Below are positions 1 through 13,784 of a stretch of DNA of 64,000 nucleotides, in pieces; the stretch's first letter is position 1; every line of letters begins with the position of its first letter. The DNA comes from Squalus acanthias (Eukaryota), in NCBI GenBank assembly GCA_030390025.1, contig CM059431.1, positions 100,194,001 to 100,258,000 on the forward strand. The letters are read 5' to 3'. The notes beneath the pieces were generated by a model. That model was not told the DNA's origin. It saw only the letters and a list, made by a program, of their open reading frames with translations, and did not search any database. The position numbers and the translations under genes are program-made.

Positions 1-1069
1 TCCCCATCTCACTAGCCAACCCTCATACTCACCCTCGTCCTACTGCAAGCATACCAACTAACAACACACAAGGGTAGGCACTTGAGAGGTTTAGCCAATG
101 TTCATGTAAAGTTTCTGTTAATGTGCTGTCAAACATTGAAAACTTTATTTTCAACACTTTGCGTTCTTGGACAGATTTGTGTGCACCTTTGGAAGTGGAT
201 TAGTGAGTTGTAGTGAATGGTGAGACATAATGGTATCGCCTCCCCCTCTCCCCCCCCCCACCCTGGCTATGGTGATGAGTGTGAAAGGAATGGCTTGGAC
301 ATTGTAGGAATGCTTTATGGTGTTGGTGTGGGGTAGTGCCAACCTGGTGCATCATGTGGCAGCCAGGGTGTACAGTGTCAAGTGAAGTAAATCTGGCTAG
401 GGTGAGGCCATCCCTGGCCTCCCGGGCAGCAATGTGCTCGGGTGCTGATGCCCTGTGTCCTGTGCCGCATCAGTTGATTGCAGAGAAGGTTGGTGTTGTT
501 GTTGGTGCTGCTGGTGTTGGGGCTGATCATGATCAGATTCTGAGGACCAAGGTGAGATTTTTTCAAGGGCACCGATGCTGATGAAATAGATGGCAGGTGA
601 GGTTGAGATGACAGAAGCGATCTGTCAATGGTGAGAGAGGTTGTTCCAATGAGGTGACATTGGATGGAGAGTTTGCTCCAAACACTTGCAACCTGCATAA
701 AGCTCAATCTGTCTTCCAAATGCAGTTACCAACAGCTTCTAACCTTGGAAAGTGAAGACCTATGAAATGGGAGCTTTTATAGACCATTTGCAGCTGTCAA
801 GTTAGTAAATCATCCCATGCTGACACAACACCCGACCTCCTTACCTGACGTGATCCCCGAGCAATGGGGAAGCCGTTGACGAACTCTAAAAATCTAAAGG
901 TGAGCTTATAATAATACTTAATTATCTCTTAACAATCCAGCTAATGATCTAAATTGCCCCACCCCCCGCCCCCCGATCATACAAGGCTTCTCCAGTAGAG
1001 AACCCTGAGGCCCTTTCTGGGATGAAGAAATTGGGCAGTGGTTTTCGATCTTCACCTCTCAACGGACCA

Positions 1070-1378
1070 CTGGGGCTCTAATCTCTAGAAAGGAGAAGGC
1101 TGAGGGGTGACCTGATGGAGGTTTTTAAGACTATTGAAAGGGTTCGATAGGGTAGACGTAGAGAAGATGTTTCCACTTGTGGGGGAGACCAGAACTAGGG
1201 GCCATCAATATAAGATAGTCACTAATAGATCCAACAGGGAATTCAGGAGAAACTTCTTTACCCAGAGAGTGGTGAGAATGTGGAACTCGCTCCCACAGGG
1301 AGTGGTTGAGGCGAATAGTATAGATGCATTTAAGGGGAGGCTGGACAAGCATATGAGGGAGAAGGGAATAGAAGGTTG
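1070..1378 (+). mobile_element. CR1-clade LINE 3' fragment
   Basis: TRTRGHQYKI...NFFTQRVVRMWNSLP; relatives at about 16781-17160(-), 22813-23070(+), 42993-43197(+). Confidence 0.88.
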
Positions 1379-1385
1379 ATGAAGT

Positions 1386-2110
1386 AACCTTGGTGTCATG
1401 TTTGACCCTGAAATGAGTTTCCGACCACATATCCGCAGCATAACAAAGACCGCCTATTTCTACCTCTGTAACATCGCCCGTCTTCGCCCTTGCCTCAGCT
1501 CATCCGCTGCTGAAACCCTTATCCATGCATTTGTTACCTCTAGACTTGACTATGCTAACGCACTCCTGGCCGGCCTCCCACATTCTACCCAAGTAAACTT
1601 GAGGTCATCCAAAATTCGGCTGCCCCGTGTCCTAACTCGCACCAAGTCCCGTTCACCCATCTCCCCTGTGCTTGCTGACCTAGATTGTCTCCCGGTTAAG
1701 CAGCACCTTGATTTCAAAATTCTCATCCTTGTTTTCAAATCCCTCCATGCCCTCGCCCCTCTCTATCTCTGTAACCTCCTTCAGCCCCACAACCCCCCCG
1801 AGATATCTGCGCTCCTCTAATTCTGCCCTCTTGAGCATCCCTGATTATAATCGCTCAACCATTGGTGGCCGTGCCTTCTGTTGCCTGGGCCCTAAGCTCT
1901 GGAATTCCCTGCCTAAACCTCTCCGCCTCTCGACCTCTCTTTCCTCCTTTAAGACGCTCCTTAAAACCTACCAAGCTTTTGGTCACCTGCCCTAATATCT
2001 CCTAGGGGGCTCGGTGTCAAATTTTTTGTCTTTTAACAAGCCTGTGAAGCACCTTGGGACATTTTACTACGTTAAAGGCGCTATATAAATACAAGTTGTT
2101 GTTGTTGTTG
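1386..2110 (+). mobile_element. L2-clade LINE 3' fragment
   Basis: LIHAFVTSRLDYANALLAGLP and RAF...GPKLWNSLP; tail aaggcgctatataaatacaag(ttg)n. Confidence 0.88.
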
Positions 2111-2871
2111 AAGTAGGGGTGGGAGGTCAAGTACCGCTCTCTGAAGCTCCCCCCGCCTGCTCGTCCCCACTCTTCCTGCTGCCAGTATTGGACGGCCAAT
2201 ATCACTCCGTCCTTCAGCACGCACCTTCCTGTGCTCACAGAACGGTTAAAATGCACCATTCCTTCTCGCAATTGTGTACAAATCACTGTAAACCACGTAA
2301 CAACCGGCTTCTCCCTCAGGGCATCCTTCTCCCATCTCTTGTACATTAAAATCAGTGAGTGGGTCGCAACATTGCTGCATTTTGCTCCCCTCATCTTGCA
2401 GGATCCTTCCCCGCCCCCGCGCTCCCTGCCCCCGCCCTCCACCGCCGCCCCCCTTCCCCACAACTGAACAGCATTTCATCAACCACCTCCCCCCACATCC
2501 ACTGGTCATACCTCAAACCACTTAACCTCCCCCCAACTGGGCAGCATGTCCCATCCTCCCACCTCTTCTCCTTTGTCCTACCTCACATCTGGCCCCATTT
2601 ATTCCCCCGCCCTCTAATTTTGCTTGACCTGAATATCGCTCTGGGTCTCGACTCTCCATGTGGAAACAGCACGGGAGATCGACTAGTAACTAATTAAGTG
2701 TGTGTAATCAGAGGGCGGGCACTGTACAGGCACCGTGAGTCATTAATCACATCTTTTACCCTATAATTCTCAGTAGCAAATTAATTTCAAGGCAATCTAC
2801 ATGGCCCAATAAGTGAGCAAAACAAATTCTCACTGGAGGAGTAGAAAAGAGATAAGAAACATTCATGGTCA

Positions 2872-3863
2872 AAGAAAGGAAGACTTGCATTTCTATAGCG
2901 CCTTTCACGACCTCAGGATGTCTCAAAGCGCTTTACAGCCAATGAAGTACTTTGGACCAGAAATTCGGGTCGGCGGCTTCCCGCGGGTGCAAGCCCCCAA
3001 CCTGCACTTACCTAGCACGCCTGCCGTTGTGCTGTGGGCCCGCATGGGATTCCGATCCTGGGCCTCCTCCAGCTGCCGGTGTGCAGTGCTCACGGATCCC
3101 AGGGGCGCAGTTAGTTCGAAGCGTCCCCTGGGATCACATGGGCCATGGAGAGCCAATCGGAGCAGGGAATCTCCATTCATAGATTTGACAGGAAGACCTG
3201 TCAAATCTATGAATAGAGATCGGCCCCAAAACCTCACTAAAACTTCAAATAATTTTTTTTTAAAAACCATCACACTTTTAAAATAACTATAAATTACATA
3301 AATTAACTATTTTAAACAAAAATTTAAATTTTTGAAAAAATTACTTACAGTTTTTAACGGGGCTAAAAAATAAACTTACCTTTCTTTAAAGTATTTAAAA
3401 AAGGATAAACCTGTGGAAAAAATGTTTAAATTTTACTTAATTCACCACTTACCTTGTTAAAAGCAGGCCTTGCGCCTGCTTTTTCAACGTGCAGCTGCTG
3501 GGGACTTACCCTCACGGAGAAACCTGTAAAAAAAGGAAGTTACAGGCGTACGCGCTGCCTCTCTGGCGCACGCGTTTGACCTCCGAACCCCTTCCTTCAA
3601 GGGAACGGAAGTTCCGGTTTCCAGCGCATGCGCAGTGCATGCGCGAAACCGGCACTTTCGTTGGGTCTACGGGTGAGTACACAGCGCGTACTCACCCGTG
3701 GAGACCCGAATTTCTGGCCCTTAAACTTTGAAGTGTAGTCACTGTTGTAATATGGGAAACGCGGCAGCCAATTTTGCGCACAGCAAGCTCCCACAGACAG
3801 CAATGTGATGATGACCGGATCATCGGTTTTAGTGACTGTTGGTTGAGGAATCAATATTTGCCA
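2872..3863 (-). mobile_element. Deu-SINE 3' fragment split by a MITE
   Basis: SINE tail 2872-2953 continues at about 3726-3863. Confidence 0.8.
2954..3720 (+). mobile_element. MITE family A (about 0.65-0.77 kb, GC-rich arms, AT-rich centre)
   Basis: 18-bp TIR ggaccagaaattcgggtc/gacccgaatttctggccc (1 mismatch); interrupts a SINE; no transposase ORF. Confidence 0.85.
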
Positions 3864-5337
3864 TTTAATAATTTATAGGACAGATTAACACGGTGGAATG
3901 GAATTACTTCAGCACCGAAATTTGGTTTCTCTTTTCAGGTGCTTTATGACTTTATGGGGGTGACTTACAATGGGCTCCCCCATTGGTTGTTTATTCAAAG
4001 AGGTAGATTTTAAGGAGTGACTTGATGGAGGAGGAGAGAGGTGGAGAGGTTTAGGGAAGGAATTCCTGACCTTCGGGCCCAGGCAGCTGAAGGCCCATCG
4101 CCAATGGCGGAGCGATGAAAATGGGGGTTGCGCAAAAGGTCAGAATTGGAGGAGCGCAGAGATCTCGGAGGGTTGTAGGACTGGAGGAGATTACAGAGAT
4201 AGGGAGGGGGCGAGGCCATAGAGGGATTTGAACACGAGGATGAGAATTTTAAAATCAAAGTGTTGACTGAGGCCAAGGAAAGAAAAGGATAGACGAAAGT
4301 AACAGCGAAAGACGGAGAAAAATAAATTGGGTGAATTAGAGTCAGACGAATTATGGAGGCAGAAAGAGGAATAAAGAGAAAGGAAAAGTAAGAGAAGGAT
4401 TTTAAAAGAAGAGGAGGAGGATATGGTAACACAGTTGTGTTTGGGAATTGCTGAATTGGCCCTTGAGAAGTTAATGAGTGTATGGCAGGTGTGCAAAACG
4501 TACAAATATTCTTGACATATGAAGCATGAAACCAGCGGCCCATCCATCATGATCAGCGACAGTGGAACACCCAGTGGCTACGTCATTGTGCTGCTTTCAT
4601 AGGAATTGTTGGGCGATAATAGACCAGGGTCCATCCAGTTCGCCTTCTACCATCCTGGCAGTTGCACGATACGACGATAATGGAGTTGTTGACCAATCAC
4701 AGCGATCAATCTCCATCGAATCGTCTACAACAGACCCAGCCGTGAGGCGAGGAAAACCCCCCGTGGTGGAGAGCTTCGGGCACCATCGGTCCAAAGTCAC
4801 CTGTTCCTCCCCACACGTCATGTCTCGAATGGCTCAGATACTGGAGCACAAAATGTTATTTTCTGAAAGAGATCTATCCAATTTGCATCTGAATGAGTGG
4901 CCGCCTTCTGAGTTTCGAAGCAGGTCTGCGTCCCGCGAATGTTTGCATTCCGACGCTAACAGGAGTGTGGACGGCAAGACTGGCATAAAAATACTGCCAA
5001 TGCAGATAAGAAGAATAAACAAATCTCTAGGAACAATTCACTACCTGCTGGAGTGAGACTCCAAAGCTTCACTGGTCCCGTTCTGAGCCTCCAGGTTTGA
5101 CCGTAAATCCACATCATTAACAGGGTCCTCTATGACATTAATTGCCAGCCCTAAAAGGCTGCGGCAGGAATAATTCTAAATAACGCCCTAAATCCAGCAA
5201 ATGCAGGATCGCCATTAAGTTCAGAGGGGAGCCTCGCAGTGAGATGGTAATTTATTCGGTTGTGGCGGGGCTAATGGTGGAGCGGCGCAAACCGTCCAGC
5301 AATAGGGGGAGAATCAGAACTCGTGGCGTATCCCGGA

Positions 5338-6045
5338 ACACAGGAACAGGAAGAGGCCATTCAGCCCCTCGAGCCTGTTCCGCCATTCAGTTAGATCATG
5401 GCTGATCTGTATCCATCTACCCGCCTTGGTTCTGTAACCCTTAATACCCTTACTCAACAAAAATCTATCGATCTCAGTTTTAAAATTTTCAATTGACCCC
5501 CAGCCTCAACAGCTTTTTGGGGGGTGAGTTCCAGATTCCCACTCCATTTGTGTGAATAAGTGCTTCCTGACATCACCCCTGAACAGCCTGGCTCTAATTT
5601 TAAAGGGTGTGTCCTCTTGGTTTTCTTTATTCATTCATAGGATGCGAATATTGCTCATCCCTAATTGCCCTTGAGGAGGTGGTGGTGAGCCTTCTTCTTG
5701 AACCTCTGCAGTCCGTGTGGTGAAGGTGCTCCCACAGTGCTGTTAGGGAGGGAGTTCCAGGATTTTGACCCAGCGACGATGAAGGAACAGCCGATATACT
5801 TCCAAGTCAGGATGGTGTGTGACTTGGAGGGGAACTTGGACTCTCCCACCAGAGGAAATAGTTTCTCTCTCTCTCTCTACCCTGTCAACTCCTTTAATCA
5901 TCTTAAACACCTCGATTAGATCACCCCTTAATCGTCTATACACAAGGGAATACAAGCCTATGAAATCTGCCCTCATAATTTAACCCTTTTAGCCCCGGTA
6001 TCATTCTGGTGAATCTGCGCTGCCCCCCCTCCAAGGCCAATATAT
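5338..6045 (-). mobile_element. CR1 3' fragment with a nested piece (about 5625-5838) of a second LINE family
   Basis: RRLRGDLIEVFK on the minus strand; the nested part matches 59495-59710. Confidence 0.8.
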
Positions 6046-6540
6046 TGATAATAGCGAGTGCCGTTAACGCGTTATTCCAATGACTCAACTTTCCAGCCAT
6101 TTCTGGCCCAGTATCTCTGTATGCAAAGTGTTGCCTCCCACTGGAGAATTGCCGAGCTTAGGCTCCAGGCAACTGAAGCCTCGGCCCCCAACACTATCGA
6201 TTGACTACCTGTTGTGCCCTTTGGTGTCGTTTTGGAGATTTGCAGTTTGCTAATTACTGTCGCTGCATATTTGTTTTCACCTTTTAGTATTCATTCCTTT
6301 CTCCTCCTGCATCACCCCATATCTCTCAATTTGGAGAATAGCCAGCTATCTTCACTGCTGCACTTACTCTTTTGGTCTCACCTGCTACGGTTCTCTGCTG
6401 CCACCTGCTGAGCGCTGCACAATTTGCAATCTTGCTGTCGACTAATCTTCGTCCTGCGTTGCTCATATACCGTACTAGCCGATAGCCCGTGGCATTGCTC
6501 CTGGTACACCAGAAGATGCAAAGTCTCATGCGCTCCATCT

Positions 6541-6897
6541 GGGGTTGCCAACTCTGGTTGGAGGTATTCCTGGAGCTTTCATCACATGACCTCCCTCCCC
6601 CCAACCAATCCCACCCTCCACGCCATTGGTCTCCTGACACGTCCATCCCCGTAACGCACCGCCTCTTCCCCACGGCCAATTGGAAAGCCAACAGACGCTC
6701 TTTGTTACCCGATTGGATATCAGCCAAACCGCCCCCACTCCAATATTTCTAGAACTAATAAATGAAAATGTTTAAAGAAAATGAAAAGAGACACTTTTTT
6801 TTTGCCCCTATGATTTTTCTCCCCAGTTGCTAGCAGCAGTGTCCTCGGAGATTCATTCCCGGAGACTCCAGGACAAGCCTGGAGAGCTGGCGATCCT
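6541..6897 (+). mobile_element. Small TIR element, same family as 31718-32004, without the array
   Basis: Shared ggggttgccaactctggttgga...tattcctggag...tttcatcacatgacc. Confidence 0.7.
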
Positions 6898-7010
6898 CCC
6901 TGAATCACCCAACATTGTTCATCTGCCACTGCGTCATTTACGGATGACATTTAAAAAAAAGTTGTATCTTTCATTCTGCCACTGTCTTCCCGTTGTCTCC
7001 CATTCTATAA

Positions 7011-7771
7011 CGGCCCTGAATTCCCGATCGGAGGCTCCCTGCGGGCGGATGCCCCCGATCAGAAAAAATCTACGCATTTACCCGCTGGCTCCGTAGGTCC
7101 CGAGGCTTGCGATCCTGGGCCTCTGCTCTACGAAATGCGCAGAGGCCCAGGTATCCCAGGGGGCGCAGGCGGTTCGCGAGCGTCCCTGAGACCACGTGGG
7201 CCATGGGGAACCAATGGAAGAAGAGAATCCCCCTTCACACTTTTGACAGGTCCGTACGCACTGAACTGTCTAAAGTATGAACGGGGATCACTTAAAAAAC
7301 ACACTAAAACATTAAGTAAATTTTATAAAAACATTACATATTTAAAATTAATTAAGATGACATTTAATTAAATATTTTAAACAAATTTAATTTTTTGAAA
7401 AAAATACTTTAATGTTTTTACGGGGCTAAAAATAAACTTACCTTTTTGAAGAGTATTTTTAATTTATAAATTAGAAATCAAATTTTATTTTTCTATTTTT
7501 TTAAACCTCTTATGCTGGTAAAAGCAGTCCTTACGCAGGCTTTTACCAGGCGTAAGATTTTGAAAGGTTTTCAGCGGACGGAGGTTGTGCAGAAAGCGGA
7601 ACTCTCCCCCCGCGGAGGCCCATCTCCCGGGCAGGCGGAGGATCTGTCAAGAGAATTCTTCACAGATCGCAAGTGCCGGGTTTCAGCGCGTGCGCTTAGC
7701 ATGCCCAAACCCGGAACTTGCGCGGCCCCTACGGGCGCGTACACACCCGTGGGGGTCGGAAAATCCGGCCC
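7011..7771 (+). mobile_element. MITE family A copy
   Basis: Imperfect TIRs cggccctgaattcccgatc/ggtcggaaaatccggccc; same internal layout. Confidence 0.8.
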
Positions 7772-8382
7772 AGTATCTCTCTCTCTCTTTTTGTCTTCCA
7801 CAATTTCTGTCTCTCTCAAAAACAACAACAACTTGCATTTATATAGCTCCCTGATTCTTTTCCTCTTCCTGTGGCTCCAGTGCACTTTCATTGTCATCTT
7901 TGTATCTCTGGGTTTGTCTCTGACCCTCTTTCTCGCACTTCCTTTGTGTAGGGAACTGACCCCCTTTGAATCCCTCAAATAGTCATTTTCACTATATCCT
8001 TCTCTCTTGATCAAGGTCATTCTTTTTCTCTTGTGTCTCAAAACGCTTTCTTGCCCCTTTTCTCTCGCTCTCTTTTTTTTCTACATGTTTCATGCGATTG
8101 TCCCTTCTCTCACCTGCCGTGGAGACCTGGAGACAGACTTGGAACTCCAAACCTCTGATGGCGATCTCATTGTTCTCTGGGACAAGGAGCTGGGATCTGT
8201 TTGAGGTCAACAGATTTGCACAAGGGGGCAGGGAGGGAGGTCGGACCCTGGGGCTGACACCGGGAAGGAATAGACTGTATAATTTTAAAATATTAATAGC
8301 TCTAACTCGCATTCCCTTTAAGCACAGTTTCCCCGCTGAGAGCGTGGGACTGCAGAATTAGCCCTTATGAACATTTGTATTT

Positions 8383-9435
8383 GATAGAGTCGATAAAGAG
8401 AAACTGTTTCCAGTGGCTGGAGGGTCGGAAACCAGAGGACACAGATTGAAGATAATTGGCAAAAGAACCAGAGGGGAGATGAGGAGAATTTTTTTTTACG
8501 CAGCGAGTTATGATCTGGAACGCGCTGCCTGAAAGGGCGGTGGAAGCAGATTCAATAGTAACTTTCAAGAGGGAATTGGATAAATACTTGATGGGGTAAA
8601 TTTACAGGGCTCTGGGGAAAGAGCAGGGGGGAGTGGGACTAATTGGAGAGCTCTTTCAAAGAGCCGGCACAGGCACGATGGGCCGAATGGCCTCCTTCTG
8701 TGCTGTATCATTCTATATTGTGATGTGCTCTCTGGTTTTTATTATTAATTATTACTAGCAGATCTCCTGAGGCGGTGTTCCTGATGAATCAGAAGTGCTG
8801 GAGCATGGAAGTGGTGTGGAAAAGGGTGCGCATTACAATGAAAAGAAGTTTGTAAAAGATCTCTGCAGAGCCAGTGAAGTACTGTATGTGGTCCTGAATT
8901 TCCTCCGAGGTGTAAACTAAGGAAGGATGTACTTGCCTTGGAGGCGGTGCAACGAAGGTTCACTAGATTGATTCCTGGGATGAGAGGGCTGTCCTATGAA
9001 GAGATTGTGTAGAATGGGCCTATACTCTCTGGAGTTTAGAAGAATGAGAGGTGATCTCATTGAAACATACAAGATTCTGAAGGGGATTGACAGGGTAGAT
9101 GCTGAGAGGCTGTTTCCCCTGGCTGGAGGGTCTAGAACTAGGGGGCATAGTCTCAGGATAAGGGGTCGGCCATTTAAGACTGAGATGCGGAGGAATTTCC
9201 TCACTCAGGGTGGTGAATCTTTGGAATTCTCTACCCTTGAGGGCTGTGGATGCTGAGTCGTTGAATATATTCAAGGCTGAGATCGATAGATTTTTGAGCA
9301 CTAAGGGAATCAAGCGATATGGAGTTCGGGCGGGAAAGTGGAGTTGAGGCCAAGATCAGATCAGCCATGATCTTATTGAATTGCGGAGCAGGCTCGAGGG
9401 GCCGAATGGCCGACTCCTGCTCCTATTTCTTATGT
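8383..9435 (+). mobile_element. Two CR1 3' fragments (about 8383-8718 and 8918-9435)
   Basis: CR1 C-terminal motifs and gggccgaatggcc 3' UTR ends. Confidence 0.85.
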
Positions 9436-9591
9436 AAGACCTTTTGGTGAAACAGTTTAAATTCAGGAATATGTGAATAGTGGTTCCGTCCCTTCACAAG
9501 AAGCCACCAGTTTACATGAACAATTATTGCTTTTGAGTTCTTAGAAAATAATCTGCTGCTTTCACCAGTTCGGGTACATTACAAAATATAA

Positions 9592-10222
9592 AGGGTGCGA
9601 AATTCGGTTACACCCCGTTTGGGGGCGGTAACCGAGTTAAGGCCGGATATTTCGCCCCCGGCGCAGAAGTGCCGCCCCGGCCACTAAATTCGGCTTACCG
9701 CCCTGCACAGGAGGTGGAGCGCAATGTTGGGTGCTCCACTTTCTGGTGGGACGGTAACCGAGGCGATGTCGGGGCGCTCCGCGGAGCGCTGCCTCGTTTC
9801 AACGCCCCTCCCCTTCAGTTAAAGGGGAGGGTCGTTGCACACTCGGCAGGGCCGCCGATGGCCCACACTAGGCCACCAGGGCGGCGTGGCGCCGCGGCTG
9901 GCAGCCCGACACCAAGACGCGGTGCCGGGCTGCGCGATGGCGGCCAGGACCACACCGCGGCCCACCATGGAGGGCAGACCTGGAGGTCGGCCAAAAAAAT
10001 AAAATGGCGGAGTGGGACACGGCCGCACCTCCCCTTTAAATACTGGCCCGTGAGCGGAGGTCGGCCCGGCTCGTGACCCGCGAGGCATGGCGCTGACATC
10101 GGTTGTGGCAGCCTCGCTGGGCGCAGCCGAATTTCTGTCGCAGCGCATGCCGATGACATCATCGCCGGCGGCGCAGCGCTATCTGGTAGCGCCTCAGCAA
10201 CACCCCGCCGAATTTCTCGGGA
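9592..10222. mobile_element. GC/CpG-rich MITE-like element
   Basis: cgaaattcgg...ccgaatttctcg terminal similarity; sharp composition boundary; related short elements at about 54764-54887 and 58452-58742. Confidence 0.55.
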
Positions 10223-10835
10223 GTCACTTCCCCCCACCCCCCCACAATTTGTATTGTGTGACTATCCTCCACTCAATGTATTTTGCTGGAGAAATAATCC
10301 TGCTTTTATCGGGAGACTTTGCTGCAGTTTCGGTCGTGAGTTCAGTTTCCTCTAGTTCGTGGCTGCGTATAGTGAAGCCACTAATCCAGTTGACCATTTG
10401 CTGTGCTGTACTGTTTAAACAGACTCTGTGTGCTGTCGAATAGACTGCCGTGAGGCCTGCCTGAAGTTTTATTTTTTTAATTCGTTCCTGGGATGTGGGC
10501 GTCGCTGGCAAGGCCGGCATTTATTGCCCATCCCTAGTTGCCCCTTGAGAAGGTGGTGGTGAGCCGCCTTCTTGAACCGCTGCAGTCCGTGTGGTGAAGG
10601 TGCTCCCACAGTGCTGTTAGGGAGGGAGCTCCAGGATTTTGACCCAGCGACGATGAAGGAACGGTTCCAAACCGGCTCAGACTAACTTCAAGGGCCAGTC
10701 TTACTTTTAAAAATGTTGACCTACAAACTGTTACTCAAATATTGCGATGCGGGAAGTAATGGTAAGGTGCAAGCGCCATGCAGAGAAAAAAAGCTACTGA
10801 CATTTCCGAAATTAATTGCTGAAATTTCCACAGTA

Positions 10836-11356
10836 AAATCATAGAAGTTTACGGCACAGAAAGAGGGCATTCGGCCCATTGTGTCCGTGCCTGGCTGACA
10901 AAGCTATCCAGCCTAATCCCACTTTCCAGCTCTTGGTCCGTGGCCCTGTAGGTTACGGCACTTCAAGTGCATATCCAAGTACTTTTTAAATGCGATGAGG
11001 GTCTCTGCCTCGACCACCCTTTCAGGCAGTGAGTTCCAGACCCCCCACCACCCTCTGGGTGAAAACATTTCTCCTCAACTCCCCTCTAATCCTTCTACCA
11101 ATTACTTTAAATCTGTGTCCCCTGGTTATTGACCTCGCTGCTAAGGGAAATAGGTCCTTCCTATCCACTCTATCTAGGCCCCTCATAATTTTACACACCT
11201 CAATCAAGTCTCCCCTCAGCCACCTCCTGCTCCAAAGAAAACAACCCCAGCCTATCCAATCTTTCCTCATAGCTAAAATTCCCCAGCCTAGGCAACATCC
11301 TCATAAATCTCCTCTGTATCCTCTCTAACGCAATCACATCTTTCCTGTAATGTGGT
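10836..11356 (-). mobile_element. CR1 3' fragment
   Basis: LRGDLIEVCKIMRGLDRVD on the minus strand. Confidence 0.88.
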
Positions 11357-11419
11357 AATAGGTAGGTTTAAAGCTAGGTTTAGTGATTTTTGAGAATTGT
11401 ATTTTTTCAAGTATTTATT

Positions 11420-12180
11420 GGCCCAGAAATTCGGCCGAGTACGGGAGAGTACGCACTGTGTACTCACCCATATTCGGTCCCGAAGTGCCGGTTTCCTGCA
11501 TGCACTGCGCATGCGCGGGAAACCGGCACTTCCGATATTGCGAAGGGGGCGGTTCCTAAGTGAACCACGTGCACACTACAGACTGTGCGTACGCAGCACA
11601 CTTAGTTTTTTTTCAGGTTTGAACGCGCAGGTAAGTGGTGAAGATTTTACACATGAAGAAAGCAGGCGTAAGACACCCTTTTAACAAGGTAAGTAGTTAA
11701 TTAAGTATTTTACATTTTTTTCAACAGGTTTATCTTTTTTAGAGACTTTAAAGAAAGGTAAGTTTATTTTTATAACTTTTAAAAAGAATTTAAATTTTTT
11801 CAAAAATTTAAATTTTTGTTTAAAGTGGTTAATTTATTTAACTATAGTTATTTTATTAATGTGATGGCTTTTTTTTTAAATTTAATTGAGGTTTAGCTGT
11901 TCTTTTGGGGGTTGTTGTATTCATTGTTTTGACAGCTCTTCCTGTCAAAACTATGAATGAAAGATGGTGTGCTGCCATTGGCTCTAACTGGCCCACGTGA
12001 TCCCAGAGGTCGCATCGAACTAACTGCGCCTCTGGGACACGCACACACTGCGCGCCGGCACCAGGGAGAGGCCCAGGAACTGAAGTTCGTGTGGGCCAAA
12101 ACCATAAAGGCAGGCGCGGAGTGCGATATCGCGGGGGATCCTTACCCCCGCGGCAACCATCGAAGTCCAATTTCTGGGCC
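11420..12180 (-). mobile_element. MITE family A copy, inverted
   Basis: TIR ggcccagaaatt/aatttctgggcc; ATT on both sides; reverse-complement match to 24263-24990. Confidence 0.87.
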
Positions 12181-12712
12181 ATTATGTTGTAAATGTAATT
12201 TTTCGATTTATATTGGTCAAAAGCTACCAAAGCAAATGGAGCAAAATTTTGGTGGGTGGGTTTAGTGGTGATTGCTGGTTCATGAACTGAAGCTTGAAGA
12301 AGTGCATCTGTTTGACGGTTCAGTCTTGTCCTGGTTACTCATGGACGATTTTGCTAACCACCTAATGGATGAAACTAGTTATGTAATTGGTTTGCGTTTC
12401 GGTCGGTTAAAATTGAAGCCCTTTCAACAAGGTTATCTTGACCGATAAGTGGTTATTTGGGCCAATCACAATTTGCTGCCCCACAGCAATGTGACCCCTC
12501 ATAGATTCGAGACGTGTGATGCTGTGGGTGTGCCCGAGACTCGAGACTTTCAATTAGACAGATTGAACAAGAGCTGTAAAAATATTGGGGGTTAAATTCG
12601 GAAGTGTCTATTTTTGGCTAAGAGGCACAATTTAACCCCCGACATTCTTTATTGGGGATCTTAAGATTTGAAAACAAGATATCATTGATTATAATGCAAG
12701 ATATTATTTTAA

Positions 12713-12856
<144 letters not shown>

Positions 12857-12977
12857 TAGGTGTCGACAATAGTGTCGGAAATGATTCTTCTGAAAGCAGG
12901 ATGGGGATCGATTATAACTTTCAACACCGGCAGTAAACTCGACATTGCAGATCAACTGTCCATTATAAACCCAGCTC

Positions 12978-13716
12978 GATTCTGGGCCCCGCACTTTAGG
13001 AAAGATGTCAAGGCCCTGGAGAGGAGATTGACCAGAATGGTACCAGGGATGAGGGACTTCAGTGATGTGGAGAGACTGGAGAAGCTGGGATTGTTCTCCT
13101 TCGAGCAGAGAAGGTTAAGGTTGAGATTTAATAGAGGTGTTCAAAATCATGAGGGGCTTTGATAGAGTAAATAAGGAGAAACTGTTTCCAGTGGCAGGAG
13201 GGTGGGTAACCACAGGGGACACATTTGAAGTAATTGGCAAAAGAACCAGAGGGGGAGATGAGTAGATTTTTTTTTTAAGCAACGGGTTGTTATGATCTGG
13301 AATGCGCTGCCTGAAAGGGCGGTGGAAGCAGATTTAATAATAGCTAACAAAAATCAATCAGTCTCAGTTTTGAAGTTTTCAGTTGACCCCCAGCCTCAAT
13401 AGGTTTTTTGGGGGAGAGTTCCAGATTTCCACCACCCTTTGTGTGAAGAAGTGCTTCCTGACATCACCCCTGAACGGCCTGTCTCTAATTTTAAGGTTAC
13501 GCCCCCTTGTTCTGGACTCCCCCCACCAGAGGAGATAGTTTCTCTCTATCTACCTTATTAACTCCTTTAATCATCTTAAACACCTCAATTAGATGGCCCT
13601 TAATCTTCTACACTTGAGGGAATACAAGCCCAGTCTATGTGACCTGTCCTAATTTAACCCTTTTAGCCCCAGTATCATTCTGGTGACTCTGCACTGCTCC
13701 CCCTCCAAGGCCAATG
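12978..13716. mobile_element. Tail-to-tail CR1 fragments (12978-13345 +, 13348-13716 -)
   Basis: CR1 C-terminal coding similarity on opposite strands. Confidence 0.82.
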
Positions 13717-13784
13717 TAATGTATGTATTGTAAGACATGCTGAAATCGCCCCCGCGCCCCGTCAAACCATTTCCAAAGTTCAGA

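Noticed and set aside
4562..5056. 164-aa ORF in apparently unique sequence
   Set aside because: Non-ATG start and no recognisable domain; parts resemble an old minus-strand LINE 3' UTR.
9592..10222. CpG island or internal promoter with GC-rich ORFs
   Set aside because: Bounded by MITE-like termini and similar in style to other dispersed elements; no recognisable protein.
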